Translations under genes and position numbers: made by a program | Origin: an uncultured Acidobacteriota bacterium | Lineage (GTDB): Bacteria > Actinomycetota > Acidimicrobiia > Spongiisociales > ZC4RG35 | Direction of reading: 5' to 3' | DNA length: 64,000 nt | Assembly: GCA_963810465.1 (NCBI GenBank) | Contig: CAWENM010000003.1 | Span: 257,578-321,577 of the forward strand | Notes under the pieces: model-generated | Told to the model about the DNA's origin: nothing | The model's database searches: none | The model's input: only the letters and a program-made list of their open reading frames with translations | Shown: positions 39,225 through 48,047 of the stretch, piece by piece | How positions within the stretch are numbered: position 1 is the stretch's first letter | Layout of the letters: each line of letters begins with the position of its first letter

Positions 39225-40052
39225 GTGACCCAGGATCACACCACAACGCCGGTCTGCTATCGGCACCCTGATCGGAGCACCCTGCTCAGCTGCAACCACT
39301 GTGGCCGGCCCATCTGTTCTTCGTGCTCGACCGACGCCTCGGTCGGGCAGCGCTGTCCTGAGTGCATGAGAGAGGAGGGGACGCAAAAGGTGATCCCCAC
39401 CGGATCCCGAAGCCGAACGACTGCGACGTCGGGCGCACCGGCCACCGTGACCTTCATCGCCGTGGCGGTGATCTTCTACCTGCTCGACGCCTTCGGCATC
39501 GTGGAAGGACTGGTGCCCCGCTTTGCCCAGATAAACGTCCTTGTCGAGGAAGGTGAGTGGTGGCGGATCTTCACCGTGGTCCTGCTCCACGGGTCTATCA
39601 CCCACATCCTGTTCAACATGTGGGCGCTGTGGGCGCTCGGTCCCCAAATCGAGCGTGGGGTGGGAACATGGCCTTTCATCAGTCTTTTTCTGGCCTCGGC
39701 CGGGGTCGGTGGGGTCTTTGCCTATTACCTGGGAGATATCAACGACATTGCTATCGGTGCCTCCGGCGCCATCTTCGGTCTGTTCGGCATCTGGCTGAGC
39801 TGGGCGCTGCACCGGAGAAACACGATGCAGGGGAGGGCATTGCTCAGCCAGCTGATCTTCCTCCTCGTCATCAACGCAGCCATCCCTTTCGTATTCAGGA
39901 ACATCTCGTGGCAGGCTCACCTGGGCGGGCTCATCGCCGGGTTTGTGATAGGCGAGATCTGGAGCCGGATCAGAGGCCCCAATGCGGAGGCGATGCGGGC
40001 CTGGGTCGGCTTCGCCATCGCAGCGCTGGCCGCACTGGCCGTCGCCATCTGA
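39225..40052 (+). CDS. Rhomboid-family intramembrane serine protease with N-terminal zinc ribbon
   Basis: N-terminal CYRHP...CNHCGRPICSSCS...CPEC (4-Cys ribbon). Rhomboid core has the catalytic GASGAIFGL Ser and a downstream His (AHLGGLIAGF). Confidence 0.8.
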   Translation: MTQDHTTTPVCYRHPDRSTLLSCNHCGRPICSSCSTDASVGQRCPECMREEGTQKVIPTGSRSRTTATSGAPATVTFIAVAVIFYLLDAFGIVEGLVPRFAQINVLVEEGEWWRIFTVVLLHGSITHILFNMWALWALGPQIERGVGTWPFISLFLASAGVGGVFAYYLGDINDIAIGASGAIFGLFGIWLSWALHRRNTMQGRALLSQLIFLLVINAAIPFVFRNISWQAHLGGLIAGFVIGEIWSRIRGPNAEAMRAWVGFAIAALAALAVAI

Positions 40053-40098
40053 CGGAATCCATGCTGTCCCGGTCGAGGTTGCCATCCTGGGAACGGCA

Positions 40099-41535
40099 AT
40101 GACGGTCCCCAAGTCGATCCTCTCCCGCGAGTTGCTGCCGGCGTCGGTCGCCATCTTCACGACCGTTGCCATCGTTGCCTTCGAGGGTCTGGCCGTCACC
40201 GCCGCCCTCCCCGACCTCACCGCCGAGCTCGGCCAGGTGCATCTCCTGCCGTGGGTCATCACTGCCTTTCTGCTGGCCTCGGGTGTGATGACCGCTATCG
40301 CCGGATCGTTCATCGATTCCGTCGGGACGTCCACCGTGTTCAGGTGGGCGACATTCGCCTTCGCCGCTTCCTCGCTCGCTGCCGCCGCTGCGGGATCGAT
40401 GCCGATGCTGGTCGCCACACGTGTTCTCCAGGGCGCCGCGGGCGGGGCAATCATCTCGGTCGGAGTGGGCGCCGTGGCCCTGGTCTATCCGAGCCATCTC
40501 GTCGGCAGAGCGTTTGCCGCCAATTCGAATGTGTGGGGCGTACTGGGCATCGCCGGTCCTGCCATCGCGGCGGCTTTGCTCCAGGTGGGCTCCTGGCGAT
40601 GGATCTTCTTGCTGATGGTGCCCATCTCTGCCGTGGCTCTGGTCGCGGGCTGGGGAACCCTGCCCGGCCCGGTCGATCCCGCCCCCCTTCGAGTCGACTG
40701 GGTGGCGGTCGGGTTGTTGGTAGTGACCTTCGGAGCTCTCTTGGCAGCAGTGTCGAACTTCTCGATGTTCTCGGCCATCTTCGCCGCGGTCGCGGTGCTG
40801 GCGGGGGTGGTGTTGTGGCGAAGGATGGCCCGGGGCCGATCGAGTTTGCTCGACCCCCGGTTTGTGGGGGCATACCCCTATCGCCAGCTCGCGCTGACGG
40901 TGTCGCTGACGTTGGTTGCCATGATCGGTCTGTCGTCGTATCTGCCCGTCTATGTCCGTGGCGCCCGGGGCGGCACGGCGGCCGCGGCAGCCTGGTCGGT
41001 CTTGTGGCTCACCCTTGGGTGGACCACGGCCGCCAACATCTCCGGTCGCATCACCGATCGGGTGAGTGAGCGGGCTGTGCTCCGGGTGGCAGCGATCGGG
41101 GGAGTTCCCGCCATCGCCGCTGCTTGGGCCGCTGTCTCCTTCTCGGCCCCGCTACCGGTCGTCTATGCCTGCTACTTCGCAATGGGAATGTCTGTGGGTG
41201 CGGTGACCAACTCCGCGTTTCAGATGGTGCGTCTTGCGGTTGCCGACAACCTGGCAGGCCGGGCAACGTCAGCCCATGCCTTCCTGCGTACCGTCGGGAT
41301 GTCGGTTGGGGCAGGCCTGGCCGGGGGAGTGATCCTGGCAACGGTGGCGGCCTCGGTAGGCGACATCTCTACGGTTCGGGAGGCTCTGGCGGGGGCCGCG
41401 ACGGATCTGGCTGGTCCAACAGCGACCGCCCTGGCGGACGGCTTCTCGATCGCCCATGGGGTGAGTCTGATGATCATGCTGACGGCAGTCATGATTTCGA
41501 GGCGTCTGGGGAGCGACGTGAAAACTGGAACCTAA
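40099..41535 (+). CDS. MFS transporter (drug:H+ antiporter-like, about 14 TM)
   Basis: ATG at 40099 (MTVPKSIL...). Fourteen hydrophobic segments. MFS motif A-like region (ATRVLQGAAGGAII). Confidence 0.75.
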   Translation: MTVPKSILSRELLPASVAIFTTVAIVAFEGLAVTAALPDLTAELGQVHLLPWVITAFLLASGVMTAIAGSFIDSVGTSTVFRWATFAFAASSLAAAAAGSMPMLVATRVLQGAAGGAIISVGVGAVALVYPSHLVGRAFAANSNVWGVLGIAGPAIAAALLQVGSWRWIFLLMVPISAVALVAGWGTLPGPVDPAPLRVDWVAVGLLVVTFGALLAAVSNFSMFSAIFAAVAVLAGVVLWRRMARGRSSLLDPRFVGAYPYRQLALTVSLTLVAMIGLSSYLPVYVRGARGGTAAAAAWSVLWLTLGWTTAANISGRITDRVSERAVLRVAAIGGVPAIAAAWAAVSFSAPLPVVYACYFAMGMSVGAVTNSAFQMVRLAVADNLAGRATSAHAFLRTVGMSVGAGLAGGVILATVAASVGDISTVREALAGAATDLAGPTATALADGFSIAHGVSLMIMLTAVMISRRLGSDVKTGT

Positions 41536-41584
41536 AACAGCACGAGGGAGCGACCCGGAGGGTCGTTGCCTTGTGCTACCTTGA

Positions 41585-44500
41585 ATGACAGCCGTGTCAT
41601 TCGCACACCTCCACGTCCACACCGAGTATTCGATGCTCGACGGTGCGGCCCGGATCAAGGACGTGGTGGCGGCAGCGGCGGCCGATGGGCAACCGGCGAT
41701 TGCCATCACCGACCATGGCGTCCTGTACGGAGTCGTCGACTTCGTGAAGGAGGCGAAGGCTGCCGGCATCAAGCCCATCGTTGGCATCGAGGCGTACCTG
41801 ACCGAGGGCTCCAGATTCGACCGGCCGGTTGGCAACGCGAATCGGCGCTTCCACATGAACCTGCTCGCCGAGAACGAAGTCGGATATCGCAACCTCCTCC
41901 AGCTCTCCTCGCGAGCGTTTCTCGAGGGCTATTACTACAAGCCGCGGATGGACTTCGAGCTGCTGGCCGAGCACTCTGAAGGGATCATCGCCACCTCAGG
42001 CTGTCTCGGCGGGATGGTGGCGCAGCTCCTCGCTCCCGATTCGATGAGCGAGGAGGGGAACAAGGGCCAGATGCGGGACTTCGACGCCGCAATGGCCTCC
42101 GCGGGGAGGTTCCAGGACATCTTCGGGAAGGACAACTTCTTCATCGAGGTCCAGGACCATGGGCTGGCCGCCCAGCGAGCGATCATGCCCGACCTCATCG
42201 AGATCTCATCCCGGACCGGGGCGCCCCTGCTCGCCACCAACGACGCTCATTACACCCATCGCGCCGAGCACGATGCCCATGATGTGCTGCTGTGCATTCA
42301 GACCGGCTCGCTCCGGGCTGAGACGAGCCGACTGCGATTCGAAGGGAATGAGCATTATCTGAAGACGGCGGAGGAGATGCAGCGCCTCTTCCCGGCCGAC
42401 ACCTTCCCCGGGGCTTGTGACAACACCCTCTCGATCGCGGAGCGGGTCGATGTCGACCTCGACTTCGGGAGGATCCTCCTGCCCAGCTTCCCTGTTCCTT
42501 CGGACGAGACGGAGGTGAGCTATCTCCGGAGGCTGGTCGACCAGGGAGCGAGAGACCGCTACGGCCATGATGCCGCCTCCGAAGTCTGGGACCGCGTCGA
42601 GCACGAGTTGAAGATCATCGAGGAGATGGGCTTCCCCGCCTACTTCCTCATCGTGTGGGACCTGATCCGCCATGCCCGGGAGAGCGGCATCCGCGTAGGC
42701 CCCGGTCGGGGGTCGGCGGCGGGGTCGATCGTGTCGTATTGCCTGCGAATCACCGACATCGACCCCCTCGCCTACGGTCTCATCTTCGAGCGCTTCCTCA
42801 ACCCCGGTCGCCGGCAGATGCCCGATATCGACATGGACTTCGACGAGCGCTACCGGGCGGACATGATCAAATACGCCGCCCAGAAGTACGGGCCCGATCG
42901 GGTCGCCCAGATCGTCACCTTCTCCACGATCAAGGGCAAGCAGGCGCTGCGGGATGCGGCCAGGGTTCTCGGCCATCCGTACGGTGTGGGCGATCGAGTC
43001 GCGAAGGCGATGCCTGCCGCCATTCTCGGCCGCGAGGCAACCCTCGAGCAGGTGATGACACCTCCTCCATCCGATGCCGATTCGACGGCCAAGGACTGGT
43101 ATGCCAACGCCCAGGGTCTTCGGGACCTCTATGAGGCCGACCCGGCGGTGCGGGAGACGGTCGATGCAGCCCGCGGGCTGGAGGGTTTGCGCCGGCAGGA
43201 CTCGATCCACGCCGCCGCCGTGGTCATCGCCCCGGAGCCATTGATCAACGTGGTCCCCATCCAGCAGAAGGGCGAGGGCGCCGAGGTGGTGACGCAGTAC
43301 GAGATGTACGGCGTCGAGTCATTGGGCTTGCTCAAGATGGACTTCCTCGGGTTGCGCAACCTGTCGATCATCGAGCGTTGTCTGGAGCTGGTCGAGGAGG
43401 GCACAGGGGAACGGGTCGACATCGACGGTGTCCAACTCGACGACGCCAAGACCTTCGAGTTGCTCCAGTCCGGCAACACCATCGGTGTCTTCCAGCTCGA
43501 GGGCAACGCGATGCGGTCGCTGATCCGCTCACTGAAGCCAGATTCGTTCGACGACGTCATCGCTCTCGTGGCCCTCTATCGCCCGGGCCCGATGGGGGCC
43601 AACATGCACAACCTCTACGCCGACCGCAAGAACGGGCGGGCCCCCATCGAGGAGCTGCATCCCGCACTCACCGACAAGCTGGCCGACACCTACCAGATCA
43701 TGGTGTACCAGGAGCAAGTCATGTCGGTCGCCCAGGAGATGGCCGGCTACTCGATGGTCGACGCCGACAACCTGCGCCGGGCCATGGGCAAGAAGATCAA
43801 GGCGGTGATGAAGGCCGAGGAGGAGAAGTTCGTCGCCGGCAGTGTCGCCCAGGGCCACGACGAGAAGGTGGGTCGTGAGATCTTCGGGCTCATCGAGCAC
43901 TTCTCGGGGTACGGGTTCAACAAATCTCATTCGAGCGGCTACGGCCTCGTTGCCTATCAGACCGCATTCCTGAAGGCGCATCACCCCGCCGAGTACCTCG
44001 CCGCCCTGCTCACGGCCACCAAGAAGGACAAGGACCGGACCGCCATCTATCTCAACGAGTGCAGGCAGATGCGGATCGAGGTGCTCGTGCCCGATGTCAA
44101 TGAGTCAGACTCCGACTTCACGGTGAAGGACAGCCGGATCCGCTTCGGGCTGTCGGCGGTCCGCAATGTTGGTGAGGGCGTGGTGGAGAAGGTCGTCGAG
44201 GCGCGGGCCGAGGGCCCATTCGACTCCTTCCATGACTTCGTCGATCGGGTCGATGTGTCGGCCCTCAACAAACGCACGGTCGAGTCCCTGATCAAAGCCG
44301 GAGCCTTCGATGCCATGGGCTACCCGAGAAAAGGCTTGACCGTGGTGTTCGAGCAGATCCTCGACGCAACCCTGGAGCGCCGGCGCAACGAGGACATGGG
44401 CCAGTTCAGCCTGTTCGCGGGCGAGCCGGGGGAGGTCTCACACGGTCGTATCGAGGTGCCCGACTTGATCTGGCCGCAGAAGATCAAGCTCGCCTTCGAG

Positions 44501-45091
44501 AAGGAGATGCTCGGTCTGTACGTCTCCGATCATCCACTTCTCTCGGTCGGCCAGTCCCTGGCGGCGGCGACGACCACGACCATCAGTCAGCTCGATGAGC
44601 TGGCGGACAAGACGAGCGTGACAGTGGGCGGGCTGGTGGCCGGCATCACCCGCCGATGGACCAGAAATGGGGATCCGATGATCTTCTTCCAACTCGAAGA
44701 CCTCGAGGGATCGGTCGAAGTCGTCGCTTTCCCCCGCACCGTCAACGACTACGGGCACGCTGTCATCGAGGATGCGGTGGTGATAGTCAACGGGCATCTC
44801 GATCACCGCGGCGACGAAGTGAAGGTCATGGCCCGGGAGATCAAAGAGCTCGAGATCCGTGACGACGCGACGGTGCGTCTCAAGACGCCTGCATCGAGTC
44901 TCACTCCCGAGATGGTGGCGCGGCTAAAGACAATCCTCTCCAATCACCCGGGCCCCGCCCCGGTGTACCTGAATATGACCAGCGAACAAGGGATGAAGGT
45001 GCTCAAGCTCAGCGATGCGCACCGCGTCGAGCCACGGACAGCGCTGTTCGCCGAGTTGAAGGAACTGTTGGGGCCGAGCGCGATTCTCTAG
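41585..45091 (+). CDS. dnaE: DNA polymerase III alpha subunit (DnaE1)
   Basis: PHP domain with FAHLHVHTEYSMLDGA; the polymerase core, OB fold and other catalytic motifs are present. 1168 aa. Confidence 0.92.
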   Translation: MTAVSFAHLHVHTEYSMLDGAARIKDVVAAAAADGQPAIAITDHGVLYGVVDFVKEAKAAGIKPIVGIEAYLTEGSRFDRPVGNANRRFHMNLLAENEVGYRNLLQLSSRAFLEGYYYKPRMDFELLAEHSEGIIATSGCLGGMVAQLLAPDSMSEEGNKGQMRDFDAAMASAGRFQDIFGKDNFFIEVQDHGLAAQRAIMPDLIEISSRTGAPLLATNDAHYTHRAEHDAHDVLLCIQTGSLRAETSRLRFEGNEHYLKTAEEMQRLFPADTFPGACDNTLSIAERVDVDLDFGRILLPSFPVPSDETEVSYLRRLVDQGARDRYGHDAASEVWDRVEHELKIIEEMGFPAYFLIVWDLIRHARESGIRVGPGRGSAAGSIVSYCLRITDIDPLAYGLIFERFLNPGRRQMPDIDMDFDERYRADMIKYAAQKYGPDRVAQIVTFSTIKGKQALRDAARVLGHPYGVGDRVAKAMPAAILGREATLEQVMTPPPSDADSTAKDWYANAQGLRDLYEADPAVRETVDAARGLEGLRRQDSIHAAAVVIAPEPLINVVPIQQKGEGAEVVTQYEMYGVESLGLLKMDFLGLRNLSIIERCLELVEEGTGERVDIDGVQLDDAKTFELLQSGNTIGVFQLEGNAMRSLIRSLKPDSFDDVIALVALYRPGPMGANMHNLYADRKNGRAPIEELHPALTDKLADTYQIMVYQEQVMSVAQEMAGYSMVDADNLRRAMGKKIKAVMKAEEEKFVAGSVAQGHDEKVGREIFGLIEHFSGYGFNKSHSSGYGLVAYQTAFLKAHHPAEYLAALLTATKKDKDRTAIYLNECRQMRIEVLVPDVNESDSDFTVKDSRIRFGLSAVRNVGEGVVEKVVEARAEGPFDSFHDFVDRVDVSALNKRTVESLIKAGAFDAMGYPRKGLTVVFEQILDATLERRRNEDMGQFSLFAGEPGEVSHGRIEVPDLIWPQKIKLAFEKEMLGLYVSDHPLLSVGQSLAAATTTTISQLDELADKTSVTVGGLVAGITRRWTRNGDPMIFFQLEDLEGSVEVVAFPRTVNDYGHAVIEDAVVIVNGHLDHRGDEVKVMAREIKELEIRDDATVRLKTPASSLTPEMVARLKTILSNHPGPAPVYLNMTSEQGMKVLKLSDAHRVEPRTALFAELKELLGPSAIL

Positions 45092-45897
45092 GACCGCAGG
45101 CGCCAGATCTCCCGCTGGGCCATCTGGGCCAGGGCAGACGAGCGTCCGTGCTTTCGTCCCAGGGCATACGCGCCAACCGCGGCCGCCACACCGAGACTTC
45201 CAAGGGCGCTGAGCGCAATTGCCCTCTTCGTCTTTCGGGCGAAGATCACGACCGGCCAGCCTCGCTCATGGGAGACCGAATCGAGCTCGGAGTCCGGATT
45301 GACCGCCACAGGGTGGCCTACCAATTCCATCATGGGCAGGTCGGAGATCGAGTCGGAGTAGGCGTAGCTGCGTTCCAGGTCATACCCGAAGTCGGCTGCG
45401 ATCTTCTCGATGGCGTCGACTTTGCCTGCGCCGTACACAAATGGCCCATCGAGCTCTCCGGTGTAGTGGCCGGCGACCACCTTTCCCCTCGTGCCGATGG
45501 CTCCGGTCATCCCCAACGAACGGGCCAGAGGCTCAACGATCTCGTGAGGGGCGGCAGAGACGATCCAGGTATCCCTCCCCGCCTCGTGGTGCAGGTTGAT
45601 GAGCTTTCGTGACTCGGGGCGGACCCGGGCGACCAGTTTGGGCAGGACGGCGGCACCGACCATCTCGAGAGCCTGGACCGACGCACCGGCGATCCCACTC
45701 AAGAAGTCGCCCTTGACATCGTCGGTGGCGTCACCCTTGTCGCCTAACAGACGGAAACTCAACGCCGATACCGCCCAGCGGCCGATATCGGGGTTGGAGG
45801 CGATGCCCTGGCGCCATGCTTCCACGCCGAGGGGGAAGGCGGACGCGCCGGAGATCAGGGTCCGGTCGAGGTCGAAGAATGCGGCTGAGTTAGCCAT
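45088..45897 (-). CDS. HAD-IB family hydrolase
   Basis: FFDLDRTL (DxDxT catalytic motif) at the N-terminus. A HAD-IB-like cap and C-terminal TM tail. 4-nt overlap with the dnaE stop (convergent). Confidence 0.7.
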   Translation of the reverse strand: MANSAAFFDLDRTLISGASAFPLGVEAWRQGIASNPDIGRWAVSALSFRLLGDKGDATDDVKGDFLSGIAGASVQALEMVGAAVLPKLVARVRPESRKLINLHHEAGRDTWIVSAAPHEIVEPLARSLGMTGAIGTRGKVVAGHYTGELDGPFVYGAGKVDAIEKIAADFGYDLERSYAYSDSISDLPMMELVGHPVAVNPDSELDSVSHERGWPVVIFARKTKRAIALSALGSLGVAAAVGAYALGRKHGRSSALAQMAQREIWRLRS

Positions 45898-45901
45898 GCC
45901 T

Positions 45902-46936
45902 TCAGGATATGCCTACCTCGGCCCATGGCAACTCACTCGATTCGTCGAGCAGCCGTGCGAGCCCGTCCAGATCGGTCGGAGGGGTCGGTGACCAGGGGAT
46001 GGTGGCTATGTGCGCTCCGTATCTCGAGGAGAACTCCTCGCGGGAGTCGCGTTGGCGCACTGTCTCCGCGCTCCACCGGGCCAGATTCTGTTCCAAGGCC
46101 AGCGAGGTCCCGGGTGGCGCGGTCGCATCCGCCCACTCGTCCGGCAGGATTCGATTGAAGACGACCGCGGCGGGGCTGGTCGCCAGGCCGGGCAGGTCGC
46201 GATAGAACTTGATGGCCTCGCGTACCGGGGCCGGGTCGGAGGAAGTCACCACGAAGATCGACGCCGAGCTGAGGACGCGCTCGATCTCGCGACCCCGCTG
46301 CGCCACGCCGTCGTAGGTGGTCCTCAAGTCGAGCAGGAACTCGGCAACGCGCTCCAACAGGTCGGAGCCGAGCACCGAGTCGGCGATCCGGAGCACCGGC
46401 TTGGCGGCGAGGTTGTAGAAGGCCCGGCGCCCGGGGAGCGGACCCCCCGTCAGCCATCGGAGAAGCCGTCCTCCGACGAGATCGGCCATCTGGGCCGGGG
46501 CGGCGAAGAAGTCGATTCCTCCACCCGACGGCGGTGTGTCCACGATGACGAGATCCCAAGCCATCGCTTGCACGAAGGTGGCAGCCTGATCGGCCGCGGC
46601 GTACGACTGCGAGGCCGGAAAATGCTCCGATGCCGCCCGGAAGAAATCGTTGTCGGCCAGGCGGGTTGCCACCTCGGGGTCGGCGTGCCGCATCGCCACC
46701 GCCCGCCAGGAGGCGGTGGAGTCGAGCATGGCTGCCCAGAGATTGGGCTCGTCCGAGTGCGGCTGGGGCTCATTTCCCAGGTCTTCGACTCCTAATGCCG
46801 TTGCCAGCCGGCGAGCAGGGTCGACGGTTACCACGAGGGTGCGCAGACCGCTTCGGGCTGCCCTGACTCCGAGGGCGGCGGCGACGGTGGTCTTGCCGAC
46901 GCCTCCGGCGCCGGTGATGAGCAGGGTGCGCGTCAC
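45902..46936 (-). CDS. ArsA/Get3-family P-loop ATPase (paired with the next gene; equivalent to the mycobacterial Rv3679/Rv3680-type pair)
   Basis: The N-terminal deviant Walker A LITGAGGVGKTTVAAALG is characteristic of the ArsA/Get3/MinD superfamily. 344 aa. Confidence 0.7.
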   Translation of the reverse strand: MTRTLLITGAGGVGKTTVAAALGVRAARSGLRTLVVTVDPARRLATALGVEDLGNEPQPHSDEPNLWAAMLDSTASWRAVAMRHADPEVATRLADNDFFRAASEHFPASQSYAAADQAATFVQAMAWDLVIVDTPPSGGGIDFFAAPAQMADLVGGRLLRWLTGGPLPGRRAFYNLAAKPVLRIADSVLGSDLLERVAEFLLDLRTTYDGVAQRGREIERVLSSASIFVVTSSDPAPVREAIKFYRDLPGLATSPAAVVFNRILPDEWADATAPPGTSLALEQNLARWSAETVRQRDSREEFSSRYGAHIATIPWSPTPPTDLDGLARLLDESSELPWAEVGIS

Positions 46937-47805
46937 GTGATCTGCTCGAACTCGTCGGCCATACGAGCCGCCACCTCACCGGGTGTGAAGAGGCCGTGGA
47001 GGTAGGGAAGCAGGTGGTCGGGAGGCAGCCTCTCCAGCCAGACCTGCTGCTCTGACCACAGGGCCCGATGGAGCTGTGCCGCCTCTCCCACCGGCCCCGG
47101 CGGCGTCTCCGGGTCGGTCAACTCGTCGAGGATGCGGTTCCCCATCACGGTCGGGGCCGCCACGACCTCTTCCTTGGCCAGCCAGGTGATGGACTCTTCG
47201 GTCTCGGTGGTGGGTAGCTCCTCAGGGAGGGTGACGAGGACGAGCCCTGTGACCGTCTGATCGCGAAGGATCTCCCGCATGATCTCGGCCTGGACCCGGA
47301 TCCGCCCGGAAGGAACCAGCTCGGAGATCGTGACGGGTGCCCGGAGGAAGGACCCGATCTGGCCGGTCGGCGGGGCATCGGCGATGACAATGTCCCATCG
47401 ATCCTCCCGAACCTCCCAGATCGCCTTGCCGACGGTGATGATCTCCCTGATCCCAGGGGCTGTGGTGGCCAGTGCATCGAACGCCCTGGCCAGGGGGCCG
47501 AACCTGTTGAGACCCTTGATGTTCAGCTGAAGGGCGAGGTACTCGAGAAGGGCGTCGGAGCGGACCATCTGCATGGCATGAAGCCCTGGCCTCAGCTCTC
47601 TCGGCTCGAATTCGAGAGGGCCGGTGCCGAAATGTGCCGAGAGACCACCAGGGGAGCCCATCTCCATGGCCAGGACCCGTAGACCCCGGCGCTGGGCGAG
47701 GAGGGCGAGACCGGCGCTCACCGCGGACTTGCCGACCCCTCCCTTGCCCGAGACGAGGACGAGACGTTTCTCGAGCATGTGGCGAGCTGGGCTAGCCGGA
47801 CCCAC
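46933..47805 (-). CDS. ArsA/Get3-family P-loop ATPase (second of the pair)
   Basis: VLVSGKGGVGKSAVSAGLA P-loop. ATGA overlap with the downstream paralogue. The true start is probably MLEKRLVLVSG at 47778. Confidence 0.7.
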   Translation of the reverse strand: MGPASPARHMLEKRLVLVSGKGGVGKSAVSAGLALLAQRRGLRVLAMEMGSPGGLSAHFGTGPLEFEPRELRPGLHAMQMVRSDALLEYLALQLNIKGLNRFGPLARAFDALATTAPGIREIITVGKAIWEVREDRWDIVIADAPPTGQIGSFLRAPVTISELVPSGRIRVQAEIMREILRDQTVTGLVLVTLPEELPTTETEESITWLAKEEVVAAPTVMGNRILDELTDPETPPGPVGEAAQLHRALWSEQQVWLERLPPDHLLPYLHGLFTPGEVAARMADEFEQIT

Positions 47806-48013
47806 CGAGTGGAATGCGAAGGACGAGCTCGCCGTCCTCCACGCTCCAGCTGGCGGTCCCGATCAGGGCGTAGTCGGTGTAGTCGGCTTCCGCCCGCTCC
47901 ACGAACAGTCTTCGCTCGTCGCCCGCAACTGGAGGGAGGGGGCGCTCCTTGACGGCAGCGGCGCGCTCCTGATAACGCACCAGCATGGCGTCGACATCGA
48001 ATTGGGCCATGCG
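47792..48013 (-). CDS. Small hypothetical protein (about 73 aa)
   Basis: ORF from ATG 48013 (MAQFDVDAMLVRYQERAAAVKERP...) ends inside the start region of the ArsA-like gene. No recognisable family and no clear Shine-Dalgarno. Confidence 0.35.
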   Translation of the reverse strand, partial: RMAQFDVDAMLVRYQERAAAVKERPLPPVAGDERRLFVERAEADYTDYALIGTASWSVEDGELVLRIPLGGSG

Positions 48014-48020
48014 AGGAACG

Positions 48021-48047
48021 GTACTTGGTACTTGGTACTTGGTACTA
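48021..48047. repeat. Tandem heptamer repeat GTACTTG x3 (plus a degenerate fourth) in an intergenic spacer
   Basis: Seen directly: GGTACTTGGTACTTGGTACTTGGTACTAGG. The last unit carries the TAG stop (minus strand) of the ThyX-like gene. AT-rich relative to the genome. Confidence 0.7.

Noticed and set aside
38295-40454. 719-aa minus ORF
   Set aside because: Antisense to rluD, the rhomboid gene and the MFS gene. No motifs and composition is biased.
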